Assembly: GCA_003516025.1 (NCBI GenBank)
Contig: CP023991.1
Location: 751,374 to 783,373, forward strand
Length of the DNA: 32,000 nucleotides
Source: Candidatus Saccharimonadota bacterium
GTDB lineage: Bacteria > Patescibacteriota > Saccharimonadia > Saccharimonadales > UBA4665
Reading direction: 5' to 3'
Position numbers and translations under genes: made by a program. Under the pieces are notes generated by a model that was given only the letters and a program-made list of their open reading frames with translations, was not told where the DNA came from and did not search any database. This document shows positions 6,658 to 13,823 of the stretch, piece by piece (the first letter of the stretch is position 1; each line of letters starts with the position of its first letter).

Positions 6658-8988
6658 ATGAGCAAAAACTTAGTTATCGTAGAGAGCCCGGCTAAAGCCA
6701 AGACCATCGAGAAATACCTCGGTGGTGACTTTAAGGTACTGTCGAGTGTCGGCCACATCCGCTCCATCGCCAAAAAAACCAAGGACGGCACAGCGCCTAT
6801 CGACACGCAGGCCGGATTTAAGACGGTGTACGAAGTTGACCCCGAGAAGAAAAAGGTTATTACCGAACTCAAGAAGGCCATCAAGGACGCTGATGACGTA
6901 TGGCTCGCCACTGATGAAGACCGCGAAGGGGAGGCAATCGCCTGGCACCTGTGCGAAGTACTCAAACTCGATCCTACGAAAACAAAGCGCATTGTGTTCC
7001 ACGAAATTACCAAAGGCGCCATTGAAGACGCTATCAAAAAGCCGCGAACGGTTGATATGAACCTGGTACAGGCCCAGCAGGCCCGCCAGATTCTCGACCG
7101 GCTGGTTGGGTTTGAATTATCACCAGTGGTCTGGCAGAAGGTTCCCGGTGGCAAAAGCGCCGGCCGCGTACAATCGCCAGCCGTACGATTGCTCGTGGAA
7201 CGCGAGCGTGAAATCGACGCCTTTAACGGTACGTTCAGCTTTAAGGTAACAGCTACCTTCGCTGTCGCCGGCGAAGAGGTTAAGGCGGAACTGCCTAAGC
7301 GCTTTGACACCGAAGAGGAAGCCCAGCAGTTCCTGGAAAGCCTGCAAAGCGCGAATTTTACGGTTTCCAAAGTAACCAAGAGCCCAAGCAGCCGCAATCC
7401 AGGCGCGCCGTTCACCACCAGTACGCTGCAACAGGAAGCTAACAGCCGGCTTGGATTTGGTTCTAAAGCTACCATGTCCAGTGCCCAGCGTTTGTATCAG
7501 GAAGGTAAAATTACCTATATGCGTACCGACTCAGTCAACCTGAGCGGTCAGGCATTGGCGCAGATGAGCGACTACATTCGTAGTGAGTTCGGTGAGCAGT
7601 ATCATCAGGTTCGCAAATTCAAAACCAAGTCTGCCGGTGCTCAGGAAGCTCACGAAGCTATCCGCCCGACTGATGTACGCCAGCTAACAGCCAGCGGTGA
7701 TAATTACGATCAAAAACTGTATGACCTGATTCGCCGCCGCACATTGGCCAGCCAAATGGCACCGGCCAAGCTTGAGAAAACGACTATTACCATTACTGTT
7801 TCGACTTCCAAGCAGGTTTTTGAGGCCAAGGGCGAAGTTGTGATATTTGACGGTTTCCTGAAGGTCTACGGCGCCAACAAGAAGGACGACACGTTGCTGC
7901 CGGCCGTCGCCAGCGGGGACACACTGGACTTGCAGGAAGCCGGGGCCCGCCAGGTCTTTGCCCGGCCACCAGCCCGCTATACCGAGGGTAGCCTGGTTAA
8001 AAAGCTCGAAGAGCTCGGTATCGGCCGTCCGAGCACCTACGCGACCATTATCAATACCGTCCAGGTTCGCGGTTACGCCGAAAAGGGCGAAGCCGAAGGC
8101 ACGCCGCGCGAGGTGATCGTCCTCAACCTGGACAAGACCGCTGTCAAACGGGAAGTGGTCACCGAGAAGACCGGCTCTGACCGTGGCAAATTGGTGCCGA
8201 CAGCCAGCGGGCAGGTAGTCAGCGACTTTCTCACTAACCATTTTGACCAGGTTGTCGACTATGGTTTCACGGCCAACGTCGAAGAAGAGTTCGATGAAAT
8301 CGCACAGGGCAAAATTGAACGCAATAAGATGTTGGATGAGTTCTACAAGCCATTCCACCAGTTAATCGTGGACAGCGGCGGCATTGACCGGGCCAGCGTA
8401 GCTCAGGCCCGTGAAATTGGTATCGACCCCAAGAGCGGCAAACCCGTTCTGGCCCGTTTTGGCCGCTTCGGGCCGATGTTGCAGCTGGGAAACCCGCCCA
8501 AGGAATCCGACGAAAAACCGCAGTTCGCGCCACTACCCGCTGGCGCCAAGCTCGAAACGGTCACTTTAGAACAAGCCCTCAAGGCATTTGAACTTCCCCG
8601 CGAAGTCGGTACGACTGCCGACGGCAAGACCATCAAGGCCAATATCGGCCGCTTCGGGCCGTACATCCAGATAGATAAGACGTTCGTGTCTATCAAGCCG
8701 CTCGACCCCCATACCATTACCGAAACTGAAGCCCGCGAATTATACGCTGAAAAGCAACAGAAAGACGCTGAAAAGTACATCGCTGAGTTTGAAGGCGGCA
8801 TTCAGGTCCTCAATGGCCGTTACGGCCCCTACATTACCGACGGCAAGAAGAATGCCAAAATTCCGAAAGATAAAGATCCGAAGTCACTTACTCGCGTGGA
8901 GTGCCTGGATCTCTTAGCAGCTACCCCTGACAAAAAGAAACCATTTCGTCGTGGCGCTACAAGCCGTAAAACTGCCAAGCGATCGTAA
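6658..8988 (+). CDS. topA: DNA topoisomerase I
   Basis: Toprim N-terminus LVIVESPAKAKTIEKYLG and active-site region GKITYMRTDS. The C-terminal domain has three GRFGPY-type repeats (ARFGRFGPMLQL, ANIGRFGPYIQI, LNGRYGPYITD) and a Lys-rich tail, with no Cys4 zinc ribbons. Confidence 0.97.
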   Translation: MSKNLVIVESPAKAKTIEKYLGGDFKVLSSVGHIRSIAKKTKDGTAPIDTQAGFKTVYEVDPEKKKVITELKKAIKDADDVWLATDEDREGEAIAWHLCEVLKLDPTKTKRIVFHEITKGAIEDAIKKPRTVDMNLVQAQQARQILDRLVGFELSPVVWQKVPGGKSAGRVQSPAVRLLVEREREIDAFNGTFSFKVTATFAVAGEEVKAELPKRFDTEEEAQQFLESLQSANFTVSKVTKSPSSRNPGAPFTTSTLQQEANSRLGFGSKATMSSAQRLYQEGKITYMRTDSVNLSGQALAQMSDYIRSEFGEQYHQVRKFKTKSAGAQEAHEAIRPTDVRQLTASGDNYDQKLYDLIRRRTLASQMAPAKLEKTTITITVSTSKQVFEAKGEVVIFDGFLKVYGANKKDDTLLPAVASGDTLDLQEAGARQVFARPPARYTEGSLVKKLEELGIGRPSTYATIINTVQVRGYAEKGEAEGTPREVIVLNLDKTAVKREVVTEKTGSDRGKLVPTASGQVVSDFLTNHFDQVVDYGFTANVEEEFDEIAQGKIERNKMLDEFYKPFHQLIVDSGGIDRASVAQAREIGIDPKSGKPVLARFGRFGPMLQLGNPPKESDEKPQFAPLPAGAKLETVTLEQALKAFELPREVGTTADGKTIKANIGRFGPYIQIDKTFVSIKPLDPHTITETEARELYAEKQQKDAEKYIAEFEGGIQVLNGRYGPYITDGKKNAKIPKDKDPKSLTRVECLDLLAATPDKKKPFRRGATSRKTAKRS

Positions 8989-9007
8989 TTTCCATACGAA
9001 CTGCTCG

Positions 9008-9023
9008 TGTGATATTCATCACA
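9008..9023. promoter_or_regulatory. Perfect TGTGA-N6-TCACA palindrome (CRP/FNR-type operator shape)
   Basis: TGTGAtattcaTCACA lies 20 nt downstream of the topA stop and about 180 nt upstream of the promoter at 9203. Confidence 0.3.
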
Positions 9024-9202
9024 TAGTAATTATGGTTAAATCGTATTTTTGCAATTTTAACCACATTCTACCAGAGTTACTTAAGCTGCTTACTTGTATT
9101 ACCACGAGCACGTTGTATAGCAACAATTCTACAACATAGACTTCGCTGAACCGTCCATTACGTGCTACAATAAGTCATAACCTACAAGCATTCGACGTGG
9201 GT

Positions 9203-9231
9203 TTGACTGAAATTAGCTTAGGTGTTATAAT
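9203..9231 (+). promoter_or_regulatory. Promoter of the sigma-region-4/HARE-HTH gene (TTGACT-17-TATAAT)
   Basis: TTGACT at 9203-9208, a 17-nt spacer, TATAAT at 9226-9231. The leader of about 38 nt carries an AGGAAA element before ATG 9270. Confidence 0.6.
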
Positions 9232-9269
9232 TAACAAAAGTTAGCGTATCAACAGATAGGAAAACCGCG

Positions 9270-10328
9270 ATGGCACAGACCACCACGTCCTCACCTGATG
9301 TTCAGACTACTACTCTGAGCACCGAGGAATACATTAATGACATTCTAGAGACCATTGACCGCGAGCGCGAACGAGAAATCATTTCACGCCGTTTCGGCCT
9401 CTTCGACCGTAAAGAAACCCTTGAACAAATAGGGGAATTATTAGGTATTACCCGGGAACGTGTGCGTCAGCTGGAAAAGTCGGTCCTATCCCGCCTGAAA
9501 GCTTCAGCAGAGCAGGGCACTGTCCCCCGTATCGCCGACCTACAGGTCACTTTTATAGAAAAACTGCACCACATGGGTGAATTAGCCCGCGTCAGCACAC
9601 TGACCGAGCAGGTGAGTGACACTCACACCAAGCTTGAACAGGCTCGTATCGCCTTCCTGGCCCAACTTTGCCCGGAACTGATTGTTATCAACGACGACGA
9701 CCATTTTCATATGACGGTCGGCATCTTGGCCACGCGCGACGCCCATGCCATTAAAGCTGATGTCGCCAAGATAATTGATGCCATCAAAAAGGCGGGCGAG
9801 CCTTCAGATATCGAAGCCGTCTCCAAAGCCGCCAGTATCAGTGACGTCCAGCAGGCGGGAGCTTTAGCCAGTACTTCTAAGGCACTGGCGACTTTAAATG
9901 GCCGCTGGGGCCTCGTTAAGTGGCCTATGGTCAATCCGAAGAACATTCGCGATAAGATCTACGTTATTCTCAAAGAACACGGCAAACACATGCATTTCAA
10001 TGAAATCGCCGAAGCTATTAAAGGCAGCGAATTTAAGCGCAAAGACGTCACCACCCAAGCCATCCATAACGAACTAATCAAAGATAAGCGTTTCGTCCTG
10101 ATTGGCCGCGGTATCTACGCCCTCAAAGAGTGGGGTTACGAGAAGGGAACGGTCAGCGACATCATTAGCGATGTCCTTAAGCAGGAAGGCGGTCCGCTGC
10201 ACCGCGACGAAATCGTTAAGCGCGTTCTTAAGAGCCGTTATGTTAAAGAGACTACTATCCTCCTGAACCTCCAGGGCAAACCGCAGTTCAAGCGTGTCGC
10301 CAAGGCTACGTACGCTTTAGCCGAATAG
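9270..10328 (+). CDS. Sigma-70 region-4-like HTH protein fused to two HARE-HTH (RNAP delta-like) winged-helix modules
   Basis: The N-terminus, REIISRRFGLFDRKETLEQIGELLGITRERVRQLEKSVLSRLK, looks like sigma region 4.2, and no region 2 is present. The C-terminus, HFNEIAEAIKG...AIHNELIKDKRFVLIGRGIYALKEWGY, matches the HARE-HTH pattern of RpoE/delta. A second weaker copy follows (LHRDEIVKRVL...FKRVAKATYALAE). Confidence 0.8.
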   Translation: MAQTTTSSPDVQTTTLSTEEYINDILETIDREREREIISRRFGLFDRKETLEQIGELLGITRERVRQLEKSVLSRLKASAEQGTVPRIADLQVTFIEKLHHMGELARVSTLTEQVSDTHTKLEQARIAFLAQLCPELIVINDDDHFHMTVGILATRDAHAIKADVAKIIDAIKKAGEPSDIEAVSKAASISDVQQAGALASTSKALATLNGRWGLVKWPMVNPKNIRDKIYVILKEHGKHMHFNEIAEAIKGSEFKRKDVTTQAIHNELIKDKRFVLIGRGIYALKEWGYEKGTVSDIISDVLKQEGGPLHRDEIVKRVLKSRYVKETTILLNLQGKPQFKRVAKATYALAE

Positions 10329-10341
10329 TATCGCGCCTCTT

Positions 10342-10917
10342 ATGCCGCAAGATATGGCACCAGTACCCAAAGAATCCTCCACCGCCGATAAGTGTTTTGA
10401 TGCCTATTCGCCGTTCAATGTGACTCACTTTGGCAAACTGGTGGGCATCAGCCAGGAGACTCAGGATTTTGCAACGCCTCCCCGTGATCATTGCGTGGTC
10501 ATAGATAACGCGACGAACGCGCTGGCTGTCGTTCGCCGCACGCCGCTGACCAAATATCGGACCGGCCTGCCTCCGATTACGAGATCGGGCGAAGCGGCCG
10601 CTGACTTTCACGACAGACACTTGCAGCAGCTGGGCTATTACGGTCTCACGCCATGGATAACAGCGGTACGGCATGGCAGTTATGATAACAGCCTGTATGT
10701 TCAGCAGGAGCTACTGCCGGAAGACGCTGAAGTCGAGATTGAGGATGATGAATCATGCCAAATAATACAGACACGTGTGGAAGCCTATATGGCGTGGGTA
10801 CTACGCAATAACGAGCCGGCTTTTCTCTCTGATATTAGTCGCCCGGACCAATATAGCCGATTAGGCGATACGGTCGTTTTACACGATGTTGAACCGTTAT
10901 ATCAGGCAAACAAGTAA
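10342..10917 (+). CDS. Hypothetical protein (191 aa)
   Basis: ORF starting 14 nt after the previous stop, with plausible composition including an acidic stretch (EDAEVEIEDDES). No recognisable motif and no obvious Shine-Dalgarno element. Confidence 0.5.
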   Translation: MPQDMAPVPKESSTADKCFDAYSPFNVTHFGKLVGISQETQDFATPPRDHCVVIDNATNALAVVRRTPLTKYRTGLPPITRSGEAAADFHDRHLQQLGYYGLTPWITAVRHGSYDNSLYVQQELLPEDAEVEIEDDESCQIIQTRVEAYMAWVLRNNEPAFLSDISRPDQYSRLGDTVVLHDVEPLYQANK

Positions 10918-11173
10918 AACCGAACATTATACGAACACTCTATGTAAGTGGCATGCAGCTACGATTTGATCGCCACAGACGCCAAACGGCATCACGGGAA
11001 TACGGGAACATATTGTCATAATACGAGACTAACGCATACACAGTGAGATCATGACAGGCAACTATAAAAGCACAATTTATAAAAAATGGGCAATGAAACG
11101 AACCATCTGGATTTATAACCATTGGCAGCCGTGGGGCAATGAGTGCTAAGGCATAAATCCAGATAGTGAAACA

Positions 11174-11201
11174 ATGTCGCACAATGTATATTTTGCGACT
11201 T
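11174..11201. other. dif-like Xer recombination site candidate
   Basis: ATGTCGCACAA-TGTATA-TTTTGCGACTT has near-palindromic arms (GTCGCAcAA / TTtTGCGAC) around a 6-bp core identical to the E. coli dif core TGTATA. By my count it matches E. coli dif (GGTGCGCATAATGTATATTATGTTAAAT) at 18 of 28 positions. It lies in the AT-rich gap where gene orientation converges. Confidence 0.4.
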
Positions 11202-11670
11202 GAATATAAGAATTGTATAGGTAAACGCATACGTGGCTATCGGGGAATTAAACATTAGAATTTAGTACTACCGCCCCGAAACACTATTAGCTTTTACTTT
11301 ATGCGCTTAAATACTTTACCTACCTTTAGCTATACATTTGTTACTACCCAATACCTTACACATTCGACAATATGTATAAATATAGGTTTAGTGGATCCTG
11401 TAAGGCCGCGTAGACGCCCAGGCTGTGAAATGCCAAAAACAGCGTGAAATGTTTGACTTATCCACAGTTCCATAGCAAAATTTGCATTTTGTGGATTTAT
11501 ATTAAAAAATATGTATTACTCCCCTACTCCCTGTACGCTATTTTAATTTGCATATTTTGACATTTGGTTTGTTATATATTTTTATATGTTTTACGGGAAA
11601 CAGAAAAAATAATGAACAAATTACGAACATGAGTAGGGCGATGGGGCACAGGACGTTACCAGCCCCTTCC

Positions 11671-12642
11671 CTATTTGTAATACGCCCGGTCTGCCACCCT
11701 GACATCTATATATTGCGACGGCGTCACCCGTTCGGATTCCAGACGCTGCTTTGTCGCGATGAATGCCCCTGTTTGCATCCTAGCCTCCCCCTGCAGGTTG
11801 AATCTTACAAAATAGGGTTTACCTGAAATGTATACGTCGAGTTCACTGCTGTTAGCGGGCAGAACTAACCGGCTGTATGCAATATCGGCTGCATCGAGGA
11901 CAGCTGTTACCTGACGGGCAAAATTAACTGTTGCCCGGGACAATACCTGTTTACCTAGCTCCACACGTAAGCCGCTCTTATCTTCAAGCTTCGGTACCGC
12001 CAGTTCGCCGTTATCAGTTACTTGGCTGGCCGAAATAAGGGCTCGTCCGCTGGTATCAATTAAAAATGCGCCGTTACTGGTAGTCGTCAGGATAAATGCC
12101 GGTGGATACGGAGTAACTCGTACGACAGGGCGGACACCGAACAGGGGCAAATCTACCGAGACATCACGTAGTTCGGGATACTGGCTGGTTAATTCCTGCG
12201 AGACTTTAGCAGTGTCGACGGTTAGCTTACTGCGATTAAACAGCGAACCGCCTAACGCTCGGGCGGCCGCCTGCTGATAAACAGTGGTATTTTGAACATA
12301 ATATGCCTGACTACTAGCTGAAGCCACCTCAACCCGCGGTGAAGTGCTGAGCGACAACAATAGTACGAGCCCGGCGGTTAACACGAGGGCGCTGAGTGCT
12401 AGCCCCAGCTTGTAACGCGTAGAAATGTGCTCGGCGAGAGGCGGCATTTTAAAAGCTGGCCGGCGACCGGTTTGCGCTTCAGGTACCGGCCGCTCCGGCT
12501 GAGACTTAGGCGTCGCGTTCGCGGGGCGTTGGGCGTAATAAGAAAAAGCCTGCGGGCGTGATTCACCCCGGTCATCTGACAATGGCCGCCGGCGGCCAGC
12601 AGGCGGTTCGGGGACTGGTGTTTGTTTTCGGCTAAATTTCAT
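11671..12642 (-). CDS. ftsQ: Cell division protein FtsQ/DivIB-like
   Basis: The position immediately after murG in the dcw cluster fits FtsQ. The protein has a basic/Pro-rich cytoplasmic N-terminus, one TM helix (LGLALSALVLTAGLVLLLSL), then a POTRA-like beta-rich ectodomain. Confidence 0.75.
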   Translation of the reverse strand: MKFSRKQTPVPEPPAGRRRPLSDDRGESRPQAFSYYAQRPANATPKSQPERPVPEAQTGRRPAFKMPPLAEHISTRYKLGLALSALVLTAGLVLLLSLSTSPRVEVASASSQAYYVQNTTVYQQAAARALGGSLFNRSKLTVDTAKVSQELTSQYPELRDVSVDLPLFGVRPVVRVTPYPPAFILTTTSNGAFLIDTSGRALISASQVTDNGELAVPKLEDKSGLRVELGKQVLSRATVNFARQVTAVLDAADIAYSRLVLPANSSELDVYISGKPYFVRFNLQGEARMQTGAFIATKQRLESERVTPSQYIDVRVADRAYYK

Positions 12643-12653
12643 AATGACCTTGG

Positions 12654-13823
12654 TTATTTTATATCTTTGGCTTTTTCAAACAGCATCGAAGCAATGGCAG
12701 CTGCCGCGTCAGGGCGGCCGAATGAGGCAAAATTCCGGGACAATTCGGCGGTTTTATCAGGGTGGTCAAACAAATCAGATACCACGCTGGCGAGGCGCAA
12801 TTCCTGCTCGATCTGGTCTTCAGTCATCTCTATTATAGCCCCCCGGCGCTTTAAGACAGCCGTATTTTTAAGCTGGTGGCCACCGGTTAACACTGGACTC
12901 GGTATGATGATGCTCGGTTTAGCTTGGACGGCCAGTTCAGCAAGATTAGTGGCGCCCGCCCGGGCAATAACTACGTTAGCCGCGCCGGTATACTCGTACA
13001 TATTAGTTACAAAGCCGACAACTGTAATCCGCTCAAGATCTTGTGGCGAGACAGACTGGGTGTATTGTTGTTTGACGACACTTTCATGAATCCGGCCAGT
13101 CAGATGCACAATCGCCAGCCCGGGATACCGCTGCAACAGGTACGACGCGTTGGCCACCATAGCATCATTCAAACGCTGAGCTCCGAGGCCACCACCGGTT
13201 AGCAACAACACCCATTCATAAGCGCCGAGGCGAACCGCTTCTTTGTAGGCGGCCCGCTGTTTGTCGCTTACCGGGCGGTAGTCGCTGCTGATAGGTACGC
13301 CGACCGTTTCAGTTTTGCTGGCCGGATACGGATACACATCCTTGGGCAAAGCTACGGCATGCACAGCAGCCCAGTGGGCGATTAAGCGGTTCGTCAGGCT
13401 GGGGATGGCATCCGAATCATGCGTAACATAGGGAATTCCCCGCGCTGCCGCCGCCAGACAAACCGGAACGCTCACATAGCTGCCGCGCGTAAAGATAATG
13501 CTCGGCTTAACCCGCCGGAGCAACCAGAAGCTCTGCCATAAGCCTATCAAAATAAACAAAGCGTCCCGAACGTTTAAGTACATGGTTTTCAGGTCGAGCA
13601 GCTGCCGCCACCCTTCCCCGTGGTAACGGCGGAACTTACCGGCCCGAACGCTGACCATTTCGTCGATATTAGTGTCCTGTCCCGGCACGTCATCAAGCGG
13701 ATCGTTCGTATGGCTGACGTATACAATACGGATATCAGGGCGTTGTTTTTTGAGCTCGCGCGCGACTGCCAGGATTGGGGTGATATGCCCCCCGGAGCCG
13801 CCGCCCGTCACGACTATAGTCAT
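12654..13823 (-). CDS. murG: UDP-N-acetylglucosamine--N-acetylmuramyl-(pentapeptide) pyrophosphoryl-undecaprenol GlcNAc transferase MurG
   Basis: N-terminus MTIVVTGGGSGGHITPILAVAREL, plus LLTGGGLGA and ARAGATNLAEL motifs. It sits in the expected dcw context. An AAGGAAA element precedes the ATG. Confidence 0.95.
   Translation of the reverse strand: MTIVVTGGGSGGHITPILAVARELKKQRPDIRIVYVSHTNDPLDDVPGQDTNIDEMVSVRAGKFRRYHGEGWRQLLDLKTMYLNVRDALFILIGLWQSFWLLRRVKPSIIFTRGSYVSVPVCLAAAARGIPYVTHDSDAIPSLTNRLIAHWAAVHAVALPKDVYPYPASKTETVGVPISSDYRPVSDKQRAAYKEAVRLGAYEWVLLLTGGGLGAQRLNDAMVANASYLLQRYPGLAIVHLTGRIHESVVKQQYTQSVSPQDLERITVVGFVTNMYEYTGAANVVIARAGATNLAELAVQAKPSIIIPSPVLTGGHQLKNTAVLKRRGAIIEMTEDQIEQELRLASVVSDLFDHPDKTAELSRNFASFGRPDAAAAIASMLFEKAKDIK

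Noticed and set aside
6648-8801. Long antisense ORFs within topA: 6648..7475(-) at 275 aa, 7684..8358(-) at 224 aa, 8403..8801(-), and others.
   Set aside because: They lie entirely opposite a confidently identified topA. Their Ser/Arg/Leu-rich low-complexity translations are typical shadow ORFs.
865-10590. A shared hexapeptide PITRSG in hypothetical proteins 385..1032 and 10342..10917, considered as a possible sign of paralogy.
   Set aside because: The surrounding residues do not align and the codons differ. A single 6-mer is insufficient evidence without a profile comparison.
10918-11670. Chromosomal origin (oriC), because of DnaA-box-like motifs and AT-rich stretches.
   Set aside because: Flanking genes converge on this gap, whereas origins normally show divergent orientation. 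No dnaA or dnaN is adjacent, and only one box is perfect. A terminus/dif interpretation fits better, though whole-genome GC skew is needed to decide.
10940-11826. Track ORFs 10940..11230(-), 11049..11255(-) and 11548..11826(+) inside or next to the AT-rich gap.
   Set aside because: They have atypical Cys/Phe/Tyr/Ile-rich composition typical of random ORFs in AT-rich DNA. They overlap one another or overlap the ftsQ 3' end, and they have no start context or motifs.
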